A stretch of DNA of 64,000 nt, from positions 32,169 to 96,168 of the forward strand of contig JAWOEI010000092.1 of NCBI GenBank assembly GCA_046482825.1, in the 5' to 3' direction. Under the pieces are notes generated by a model that saw only the letters and a program-made list of their open reading frames with translations, made no database searches and was not told the origin of the DNA. The DNA comes from Kiritimatiellia bacterium. GTDB lineage: Bacteria > Verrucomicrobiota > Kiritimatiellia > RFP12 > UBA1067. This document shows positions 35,316 to 43,909 of this stretch, in pieces. The position numbers were made by a program, and so were the translations under genes. The first letter of the stretch is position 1. Each line of letters begins with the position of its first letter.

Positions 35316-37345
35316 AATATTTCATTTTTATAATTTCACTTTTATTTACGGCAAACTCTCTGGTTGCAGACCGCATGGTTTTTGATATGCCGGAAGTGCA
35401 TGAACGTCATCTGGGTCTGCTTAAACTGATGGACTCCGCGCATTCACGCAAAAACTACCATGCAATGGCTGAAATATGTCGTAAAGGCCTTGATCTGCAG
35501 ACATCCGACAGTCTCTGGACCTACAATCTGGCCTGTGCGATGTCGCTTCAGGGAAAGAAAAATGAAGCAATAAAAAAACTGAAAGAGGCATTCATACTGG
35601 GTTTTCATGATCTGGAATATATGAAAACCGACAAAGATCTGCAAAACCTGCATAACACAGGGAAATTCAGCAAGCTGATAGACGAACTCAATGAAACTTC
35701 TGTTTCTGAAAGTTTCACCAACACCGCCGGTCCTCCGGTAAAAGCACTTCCTCCGGGCAGTGACAACACTGTCATACAGACCGCAACCAATACGATATGG
35801 AGTTTCGGCACAGGCCTCTTTCAATCTTTTATATCGATCTCTCCCCGGAATGCCACCAACACGGCGACAGCAGGAGACACGCCTTATCTGCTGTATGTCA
35901 ACCGCGATAACAACAGCGGGAATATTGATTTCAGCGAACAGCCAGGTGTTCTTAAACTGAAATACTGTGATGAAATGAAAGAACGCAAACTGCACATAGG
36001 AGTACCCAACTCACTGTTCGGGGAAAATCTATGCGGCCATTTGATTCCTGTTGTCGGTAATTCGTCTATGGGCTTCATCAACTCACCCTACTGGCGTTCC
36101 CAGCCGCGAGCTCTGTTCAATGATCCAAACGCCTTTAAAAACCAGATTGTGCTGTTTTTCGGCAACCAGCTTTACTGCTATCCGGCATACAGCGACTATC
36201 AGATTGAAACCGGTGATCTGTTTCCGGCAAATACGCCTTACTACGTGGCCGTCAGCGGAAAGGCAAAAACAGAGCATGGATATGTAAAGGCCATCGCCCG
36301 GGCAATCGGGGCTCTCGCGCCGGAAACCCGCGATTATCTCACAGCCAACGGTCTTATCATGCCGACCATACAGCAGATGCTCCGCAACTCTCAGAAAACC
36401 GTGACAGGACACCGCACCTATATGAGCGGCATAGCGCACCCTGCGGTTTTTCAGCCCGATCAGCTCGACATTGACCGCCTTATGCACCTCGCAGGGAATC
36501 TTACAACCAACAATCTTCCACCTATGCTTGCAATCAATGTGGAAGACAAATCCGGTCTGGTTCCGGAACTGGATATGGCGACATGTGTTTATTCTGAAAA
36601 CCTGTTTGACACCCATCTGGCCGTTGCTAAAGTATTCCGCGGTTTCCCATACAGGCGCAAATACGAGGTTGAAGTCCACTGCGATAACCCCGAAGCATCT
36701 ATCCGCTGTGTCCTGCTGCAGGGAACAGCGCGGAAATTTTCGGTGAAGCAAAGCGCTGAAGATCCGGATAAATGGATTGTGGAACTGGCCTATCACCAAC
36801 CCTTCCGGACTGAAATTGCCGGAGGCAGATCAATCATGACTTCCCGGGTTGACATCGGATTCTTTGCTGAAACCGGGCAGGCTGTCTCACTGCCGGCTGT
36901 ACTGAGCATATATTCTGCAGGAAATGAACAGCGAATATATGATGAAGATGAGCATCTGGTCTCCATTGACTACCGTCGCGGCACGATACCCTATACCGAT
37001 CCGCTGATCTTCTATTCCCGCAACTGGAAAGACGAGTTCATTCATGACGATGAAGGCCGCATCATTGGCTGGAACCGTATCCGTCCCCGTAAAAAAGAAC
37101 GTTTCACCGCCTACGGAGACCTGGCGATTGAGTTTGATAACAAAGGACGGGCCATAAAAGCACGACGCATCACATACACAAAGCGATATATGGGCAGTCT
37201 CGGACGCCAGGCAGGGCAAATCCCTTCTCTGGCGCAGGTGGATGACAACATAGAAGTGACCTACACCTATGCATCTGACGAAGATTACATAGGCAGGCCT
37301 GACAAAGAACTTACCCGCAGACTGACACCGCCGACCGATAACTAA
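35312..37345 (+). CDS. secreted hypothetical protein with N-terminal TPR-like module
   Basis: Signal peptide MKYFIFIISLLFTANSLVA, followed by a TPR-like helical segment (WTYNLACAMSLQGKKNEAIKKLKEAF). The remainder is unrecognised. Has a 4-nt ATGA overlap with the DUF167 gene. Confidence 0.5.
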   Translation: MKYFIFIISLLFTANSLVADRMVFDMPEVHERHLGLLKLMDSAHSRKNYHAMAEICRKGLDLQTSDSLWTYNLACAMSLQGKKNEAIKKLKEAFILGFHDLEYMKTDKDLQNLHNTGKFSKLIDELNETSVSESFTNTAGPPVKALPPGSDNTVIQTATNTIWSFGTGLFQSFISISPRNATNTATAGDTPYLLYVNRDNNSGNIDFSEQPGVLKLKYCDEMKERKLHIGVPNSLFGENLCGHLIPVVGNSSMGFINSPYWRSQPRALFNDPNAFKNQIVLFFGNQLYCYPAYSDYQIETGDLFPANTPYYVAVSGKAKTEHGYVKAIARAIGALAPETRDYLTANGLIMPTIQQMLRNSQKTVTGHRTYMSGIAHPAVFQPDQLDIDRLMHLAGNLTTNNLPPMLAINVEDKSGLVPELDMATCVYSENLFDTHLAVAKVFRGFPYRRKYEVEVHCDNPEASIRCVLLQGTARKFSVKQSAEDPDKWIVELAYHQPFRTEIAGGRSIMTSRVDIGFFAETGQAVSLPAVLSIYSAGNEQRIYDEDEHLVSIDYRRGTIPYTDPLIFYSRNWKDEFIHDDEGRIIGWNRIRPRKKERFTAYGDLAIEFDNKGRAIKARRITYTKRYMGSLGRQAGQIPSLAQVDDNIEVTYTYASDEDYIGRPDKELTRRLTPPTDN

Positions 37346-37520
37346 GAGATTCTATCGGACTTACAGCATCCGCTGCAGACACACAGAAAAAATCAACCGG
37401 ATGACAGCACGGGAACCATAGTTTATATCCGATAAACTCACTGTTCCGCCCTGTATCCGGCATTATTCTGATTATTTCCGTAATAATTCCGCAAGCCAGC
37501 AAACCTGCATTAAGCCTAAA

Positions 37521-38276
37521 TTATAAGACAGCCGCTTGGATGATAGCCGCAAACGAATCGGCTTTCAAAGCAGCGCCGCCTATCAATCCGCCATCGATAT
37601 CAGGCTGGCTCAGAAGTTCAGCCGCATTTTCGGGCTTCATGCTTCCGCCATACTGAATGCGGATGGTATTGGCCACATCTCCGGCGGAGATTTCGGCCAA
37701 GGTACGGCGTATGAGGGCGTGCGCCTCCTGCGCCTGAGCCGGAGTTGCGGTGCGACCGGTACCGATAGCCCAGACAGGTTCATAGGCTACAACAACCGAG
37801 GCCAAATCGTCCTCAAGATCAGCCAGACCTTCTTTAATCTGGTTGGTAACAACTGATTCCATACGGCCGCTGTCACGCTCTTCCAGTGTTTCACCGATAC
37901 ATACTATAGGAGTAAGTCCGGCGGCAAGAGCGGCTTTTGTACGTTTATTGACGGTTTCATCCGTCTCACCGAAATACTGGCGGCGTTCACTGTGACCAAT
38001 AATCACATACTTAACCTTGAGATCCTTGAGCATTGCCGCGGAAATCTCACCGGTGAAAGCACCTGACTCCTCCCAGTGCACATTCTGTGCGCCGAGGGCT
38101 ATACAGGAGCCGTCAACCGCAGCCGCAGCATCCTTTAAATCAGTTGCCGGCGGGCAGACCACCACATCAACACCCGAAACCCCTTCAAGCTCAGCTTTAA
38201 TACTATCAATCAGGGAAGTCGTTTCAGAAGCTGTCTTATTCATCTTCCAGTTACCTGCAACAATTTTAGTGCGCAT
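37521..38276 (-). CDS. tpiA: triosephosphate isomerase
   Basis: VAGNWKMN, IIGHSERR and AYEPVWAIGTG motifs. Confidence 0.95.
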   Translation of the reverse strand: MRTKIVAGNWKMNKTASETTSLIDSIKAELEGVSGVDVVVCPPATDLKDAAAAVDGSCIALGAQNVHWEESGAFTGEISAAMLKDLKVKYVIIGHSERRQYFGETDETVNKRTKAALAAGLTPIVCIGETLEERDSGRMESVVTNQIKEGLADLEDDLASVVVAYEPVWAIGTGRTATPAQAQEAHALIRRTLAEISAGDVANTIRIQYGGSMKPENAAELLSQPDIDGGLIGGAALKADSFAAIIQAAVL

Positions 38277-38308
38277 ATCTACAGTTCTCCTTAAAAAAAT
38301 ACCCAGAC

Positions 38309-38337
38309 ATTATGCCGTTTCCGACCTCGAGATGCAA
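38309..38337 (-). promoter_or_regulatory. candidate promoter TTGCAT-17-CATAAT for tpiA
   Basis: -35 at 38337-38332 and -10 at 38314-38309. GGAG lies 10 nt before ATG 38276. Confidence 0.4.
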
Positions 38338-38423
38338 GTCAGAGTTTTAAAATCAGACATAAATATCACTGTTCACGCATAAATCCGGGAGTCAGCTGAC
38401 ATTTTTCGATGTCCGGGAAACAA

Positions 38424-38903
38424 TCATTTATCCTCCTCAAACCGACGGCATATAACTCCCGCCTCTTTCAGGAGTTTTTCCGTCTGTTCAGTGAAGGCAT
38501 AATCTCCTCCGTACACGACCTCTCTGATTCCCGCGTTGATAATCAGCTTGGCGCATGTCAGGCATGGACTGATTGTAACGTAGATAGTGGATCCTTCCAA
38601 ACGGATGCCGTAATACGCTGCCTGACAGATAGCGTTCTGCTCCGCATGCACGCATATGCACTCTTCCAGACTGGATCCCGAGGGAGCCGTCCCCGCACAA
38701 CGGGGGCAGCCGCCAGCGAAACAATTGGTGACTTTGCGCGGGGTGCCGTTATAGCCTGTGGATATTATTCTGTTATCTGACACGACCACCGCCGCCACGC
38801 TTCTGCGCAGACAGTTGCTTCGTGTGGACACAACATGCGCAATACTCATGAAATAGGAATCCCAGCTGGGACGCGGATCCACAATTTTCTTCTGATCAGA
38901 CAT
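38424..38903 (-). CDS. dCMP deaminase (ComEB family)
   Basis: The VHAEQNAI and PCLTCAKLI zinc motifs of the CDA fold; 159 aa. Confidence 0.85.
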   Translation of the reverse strand: MSDQKKIVDPRPSWDSYFMSIAHVVSTRSNCLRRSVAAVVVSDNRIISTGYNGTPRKVTNCFAGGCPRCAGTAPSGSSLEECICVHAEQNAICQAAYYGIRLEGSTIYVTISPCLTCAKLIINAGIREVVYGGDYAFTEQTEKLLKEAGVICRRFEEDK

Positions 38904-39157
38904 AGTAATCTCTCCAGGAGTTGAGTTTCACTTTCTTTTTATCTGCTCCATACTCCATGCCGCACACCCCTGAAGCTGCAGAACGAACCGGAACATCGCC
39001 TGTCAATAATAAAGGCTGAAGAAACGTATTTCAACCGCAAAACTTATTAACATCATTCATTTCGCACTTTAAGCTGAAACCGAAAAGATATAAGATAGCG
39101 GGTGTCATTTAGCAGAGATATCAGCTGATTTCAATGCTGAGCGGGGAGAAACAGAAC

Positions 39158-40447
39158 ATGTCCGAATTCATAATAAAAGGCCGCCGGCCTATCGGGGGAA
39201 ACTACCGTGTTCCCGGCAACAAAAATGCGGCTCTGCCCATGTTGGCGGCTTCATTGCTGACCACCGATCCGGTAATCCTGACCAATGTGCCTTTTATCGC
39301 TGATGTCCTGACCATGCTTGATCTGCTGAAATCTATGGGGGCTGATGTACAGCATGATAAAAACAGCCACACAGTAACAATACAGGCCAAACGCATAAAA
39401 AAGAAGCCTCTGGACAGAAAACTTTGCAGACAGGTAAGATCATCCATACTTTTTGCTGGCCCCCTGCTAACACGGCGTGGATCCGCAAGGATTCACTCGC
39501 CCGGCGGTGATATTATCGGACGGCGCAGACTCGATACACATCTTGAAGGACTGCGGAAACTGGGTGCATCAGTCAGAACACGTTCCGGCGCCTACACTTT
39601 CAGTGTGGAAAAACGCCTGACCGGCACACGCATTATGCTTGATGAAGCCAGCGTCACCGCAACAGAAAACCTTATAATGGCTGCTTCTCTGGCGGAAGGA
39701 ACAACAACACTTTACAACACCGCATGTGAACCGCATGTTCAAAATCTATGCCATATGATCAACAGCATGGGCGGAAAAATCCAAGGCATAGGAACAAACC
39801 TTCTCACAATACAGGGCGTACGCCGGCTCTCAGGCACACAGCAGAGAGTCGGTCCGGACACAATCAACGCGGGCAGCTATATTGTGGCGGCACTGGTTAC
39901 CGGAGGAGACCTTACACTTCAGAACATTGATCCTGCCGATTTCGAGATCCTGGAAAAACCATTCAGGCGTTTCGGAGTACGCTGGCAACTTGACAACGAG
40001 CGGAGGACCATACGCATCCCTCCTGAACAGAGATTGAAAACAAAGTACGATTTCGGAGATGCAATCCCGAAGATAGAGGATGGGCCGTGGCCGATGTTTC
40101 CATCGGATCTCATGAGTGTTCTGATTGTTCTGGCTTCACAGACACGCGGCACAACTCTCTTTTTCGAAAAGATGTTTGAAAGCCGTATGTATTTCGTGGA
40201 CCATCTTATAGGCATGGGAGCACGTATTGTGCAGTGCGACCCCCACAGAATTGTTGTTACAGGGCCGTGTAAACTGCAGGCATCCTGCATGACCAGCCCC
40301 GACATACGAGCTGGCATGGCCCTGCTGATAGCCGCACTCTGCGCCAACGGCACAACGAAAATAATGAATGCCGGCAGCATTGACCGCGGTTACGAAAAAG
40401 TGGAGGAAGAACTGGGCAAACTCGGTGCAAATATCGAGAGAGTCTGA
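39158..40447 (+). CDS. murA: UDP-N-acetylglucosamine 1-carboxyvinyltransferase, Asp-type active site
   Basis: PGNKNAALP, and the PGGDIIGRRRLDTH loop with Asp (GAT 39509-39511) where E. coli has Cys115. The start is ATG 39158 with GGGGAG upstream. Confidence 0.9.
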   Translation: MSEFIIKGRRPIGGNYRVPGNKNAALPMLAASLLTTDPVILTNVPFIADVLTMLDLLKSMGADVQHDKNSHTVTIQAKRIKKKPLDRKLCRQVRSSILFAGPLLTRRGSARIHSPGGDIIGRRRLDTHLEGLRKLGASVRTRSGAYTFSVEKRLTGTRIMLDEASVTATENLIMAASLAEGTTTLYNTACEPHVQNLCHMINSMGGKIQGIGTNLLTIQGVRRLSGTQQRVGPDTINAGSYIVAALVTGGDLTLQNIDPADFEILEKPFRRFGVRWQLDNERRTIRIPPEQRLKTKYDFGDAIPKIEDGPWPMFPSDLMSVLIVLASQTRGTTLFFEKMFESRMYFVDHLIGMGARIVQCDPHRIVVTGPCKLQASCMTSPDIRAGMALLIAALCANGTTKIMNAGSIDRGYEKVEEELGKLGANIERV

Positions 40448-40569
40448 TTTTGTGGAAAGTGGGATGTAGAACGTTATTTATCAGGAATCAGGGGCTCCGC
40501 CTTCGTACACTACAGTGTGGCAACATCTAACATTCTACAAAGCGTAGCGACAACCCTATTTATCGGCAT

Positions 40570-41865
40570 TCAGGAACGCTTGCGCCGGCTACGTCCCTTG
40601 TGACGCCGTTTGCGACGGGAGCTCGAATCCCCCCCGCTTTTATTACTCTGTTTTTTTGTTGATACTTTGTGGAGTGCGCCTTCATACAGCTCGCTCCACT
40701 GGCTGATAACAGAAGGATCCTGAGCTTCAGCTGCAACCACTATCTGCTTGAAAATATAGGCATCGATGAAATTACTGTGGCGCGAAAAACGCTCAGCCCG
40801 TTTTTTTGGCGGCATTTTATCAAAGCGCGGCAGCATGTCCATTGCGGCAACCGCCGAATAGAAAACAGCTTTGGGTATATTCAAAGTGCTGGCGAGCGGC
40901 CGCAGCACATTGCGTGCCGCATGCATACGATTGATTTTTTCGCCGGATGACTCCCGGGAAACTCTGTCCAGCTCTTCAAGGAACAGCGCATAATACAAAA
41001 CCGCAGTCCTGACACCGTTGCTCAGGTCTCCATTATCCTCCCTGGCATCCAGTGCTGCCATATATTTCCAAAGCGGCGAATTTTCGCCGCCGCTCCTGTC
41101 AATATACGCACTTACAGACGGAAGAAGATCCTCAAGCAGTTTGAGTTCCCACATCAGCCTGAATGCTTTTTCGGAAGCATTCACAGTAAATAAACGGTAA
41201 ATCTCTTCGCTGATGCGCGGTGTAGATGCATGAAGAATATCGGAATGATGTATCTGTACAGCCCTGCGGCAGCTCTTCCCGAGTGTAAAATCAAGCTTCG
41301 CAGCAAACCTTACCGCCCTCATCATACGCACAGGATCTTCACGGAATCGCACATTGGGATTTCCTATGCTCCGTATAATTCTTTTCTCCAGATCCTTGAG
41401 TCCCCCCACATAATCGATCACGGCAAAGCTTTTAATATCGTAAAAAAGGCCGTTGACTGTGAAATCCCTGCGGAGAGCATCCTCAGCCGGAGAGCCGAAG
41501 GTATTGTCCTCGCTCTGATAAAGCTCTTTTTTGCCTTTGACCGGTTTCGGGGTGGCTCGGAATGTACTGGTTTCAATCACCTTGCGTCCAAACACAATAT
41601 GAGCCAGGCGGAACCGGCGGCCTATGAGAAAACAGTTACGGAAAAGTCTGCGTATCTGACGCGGCTGCGCATCAGTACTGATATCAAAGTCCTTGGGCTG
41701 GCGCTTCAACAGAAGGTCGCGCACAGCGCCGCCGACAAGATATGCGATGAAATTGTTATTAGCAAGACGGTAAAGCACTTTTACGGCATCAGGATCTATA
41801 TTTGATCGGGAAATACAATGTTTATTCCGCTCTCTAACAACCGGTTTATTTTTTTTGAAAAACAT
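40570..41865 (-). CDS. pcnB: poly(A) polymerase I (nucleotidyltransferase class II)
   Basis: LVGGAVRDLLL...DFDIST and the PAP-discriminating LIGRRFRLAHIVF motif, plus a basic C-terminal tail. Confidence 0.8.
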   Translation of the reverse strand: MFFKKNKPVVRERNKHCISRSNIDPDAVKVLYRLANNNFIAYLVGGAVRDLLLKRQPKDFDISTDAQPRQIRRLFRNCFLIGRRFRLAHIVFGRKVIETSTFRATPKPVKGKKELYQSEDNTFGSPAEDALRRDFTVNGLFYDIKSFAVIDYVGGLKDLEKRIIRSIGNPNVRFREDPVRMMRAVRFAAKLDFTLGKSCRRAVQIHHSDILHASTPRISEEIYRLFTVNASEKAFRLMWELKLLEDLLPSVSAYIDRSGGENSPLWKYMAALDAREDNGDLSNGVRTAVLYYALFLEELDRVSRESSGEKINRMHAARNVLRPLASTLNIPKAVFYSAVAAMDMLPRFDKMPPKKRAERFSRHSNFIDAYIFKQIVVAAEAQDPSVISQWSELYEGALHKVSTKKQSNKSGGDSSSRRKRRHKGRSRRKRS

Positions 41866-42234
41866 ATAAAGTTATACTGATATATACCGCAGAAATAATG
41901 AAATTCAGTTTTCAGCGGGAATACGTTGCCTTTTCACAATAAGCATTTTTTATAGTATCAGAATCTGTGCTTAATAACAAGAAAAGCTATAATTTTTACC
42001 GGTGCAAATTATAATATCAGCTCGGACACATGAAAAAGAAGAAAAAGCATCACACATCGAAGACAAAGGTAAGGGGTTAAAGAAAAGGGCACAGTTCTTT
42101 CCCTTATGCCATGCAGGAGCCCTTTTATACAACCCCTTCTGCGGCACGGGGCAAACATGGTCTGCAACGGCAACCCGGAGAATTTGCGGAACCGCAGTTA
42201 CCGGTTGCGGACAAGATTATTTCTTCAGAACCCC

Positions 42235-43890
42235 TCACTTTTTACGTCTGAAAAAAAGCCGCATGACAACAAAAACCACGAGCAGTGCAGCCGGCACAGC
42301 CAGAATCCAGTCGCCGAAGGTGACATAAGGAGCACTGATTTCAGTTCCGGAGGACAGGTGCACCGGAGCCACCAGGAAACCACTGAAATCCGTATTACGG
42401 CCCTGTGACGTCAATTCCCTGACCCGCCCGACGGCATCCACCACACAGCTGACACCAGAGTTAGCGGATCGTACCAGAGGCACAGCGCATTCAACGGCCC
42501 GGAACACCGACTGATTCAGATGCTGCACAGGCTCTACAGAACCGTTGAACCAGGCATCATTGGTCATCAGTGCCAGCAGATCCGCTCCCGCCCTGACCGA
42601 TAGGCGGCTCAAACCCGGCACGGTATCTTCAAAACAGATCAGAGCCCCCACCTTGACACTGAGATTTTCTCCGCATGGCAAATTCATCAGCGAAGGACCG
42701 TCGCCCGCAGAGCAACTGACACCGGTTGGCGCCAGTTTCTGAAGTACGGGAAAAAACTTATCCAGCGGTATATACTCTCCGAAGGGCACGAGGTGCTGCT
42801 TGCGGTAGCTGCCCAGCACAGAGCCGTCGGCAGCAAACATCCAAGCGGCATTGTAATACATCATGCAATCCGGTGCCGCGGCACTTTTTTCAACCCGCCT
42901 TGTTTCGAGGGTGCCTGCCAACAGAGCGTTGCCAGCTATTTCAGCACCCCTGCGCGCAAAATTCATTGTGCCGGTTTCATCCGGCACTGAACCCAGCAGA
43001 GAAGTCTCCGGCCAGACCACCAAATGCGGTTCTGCCGCAGCAGCGAAACGGGTCTGTTCAATCAGCTCTTTCAACTGCCTGCGCATAGTTTCGTCATTGA
43101 ACACAAATCTGCACGGAGTATTGGGTTGCACCAGAGCAATACGCAGGGCTGGCTGATACCTTTCAACGCTCTGCCACTGTTTTATGCGGTTCATACCCCA
43201 GCTCCAGCAGAGAAGAGCAAACAGGATGGGAACAAAACTCTCACAGGATCTCAGAAAGCGCGCGGCAAGGCTGTTTCTATATGTAACCGTCTCTCTGCGC
43301 AATGCCTTTGTTACTACCGGGAAGGCGGCACGCTCAACGATTGAGGCAATACCTCCGTTAACCATTACCAACACAGCTGAAACCCCGTAAACACCGACTA
43401 CAGATGCAATCTGAATAAGTGCAGTATTATCCACCTGACTTACCCCGAGAAAATTCCAGGCAAAACCGCTGAACAGGCTTGCGCGCATATACTCGGTTCC
43501 CACCCACAGGAGAGGATCCGCCAGACATATCATACCAACACGTTTCAGCGAAGATCCGCTGCCCGCCGTTTTCCAGAGAGAGGCTGAAGCACAGGCAAAC
43601 AGTCCCATGTACAACGCGCAGACAGCTGCAAGGGCCAGCTGCCCCAGTATAACCAGATACCAAGGGCCTCCATTTTTGATGATAGCCGGAAACCAGCTCA
43701 GGGTGAAAACCCAGAAACCCAGACCTGCGAGAAAGCCCCATCTGAAAGCTTCCTTCGGACTGCAATTGCGAATAATAAGCAGAAGAGGAACCAATGCCAG
43801 CCATGCGCTGTCACTTTGAGCGCATGGCGGAAAAGAAGACCACAGCAGAACGGAACTTATGATTAAACCGGCGATTTTAAAAACTAGCAT
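42235..43890 (-). CDS. lnt: apolipoprotein N-acyltransferase
   Basis: Multi-TM N-domain plus a nitrilase-like domain (LVVWPETS, ICFEDT). The start is trimmed to ATG 43890; the ORF track's 44043 would overlap rnr. Confidence 0.85.
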   Translation of the reverse strand: MLVFKIAGLIISSVLLWSSFPPCAQSDSAWLALVPLLLIIRNCSPKEAFRWGFLAGLGFWVFTLSWFPAIIKNGGPWYLVILGQLALAAVCALYMGLFACASASLWKTAGSGSSLKRVGMICLADPLLWVGTEYMRASLFSGFAWNFLGVSQVDNTALIQIASVVGVYGVSAVLVMVNGGIASIVERAAFPVVTKALRRETVTYRNSLAARFLRSCESFVPILFALLCWSWGMNRIKQWQSVERYQPALRIALVQPNTPCRFVFNDETMRRQLKELIEQTRFAAAAEPHLVVWPETSLLGSVPDETGTMNFARRGAEIAGNALLAGTLETRRVEKSAAAPDCMMYYNAAWMFAADGSVLGSYRKQHLVPFGEYIPLDKFFPVLQKLAPTGVSCSAGDGPSLMNLPCGENLSVKVGALICFEDTVPGLSRLSVRAGADLLALMTNDAWFNGSVEPVQHLNQSVFRAVECAVPLVRSANSGVSCVVDAVGRVRELTSQGRNTDFSGFLVAPVHLSSGTEISAPYVTFGDWILAVPAALLVVFVVMRLFFRRKK

Positions 43891-43909
43891 GATTATATTG
43901 CGTATTTCT

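Noticed and set aside
41866-42234. 370-bp pcnB / lnt spacer, with small ORFs at 42002-42408 and several TATAAT-like hexamers, considered as an sRNA or small-protein locus.
   Set aside because: No promoter-terminator pair has proper spacing. The ORFs are Arg/Cys-rich and overlap the lnt 3' end. The spacer is most simply an lnt terminator region plus the AT-rich pcnB promoter.
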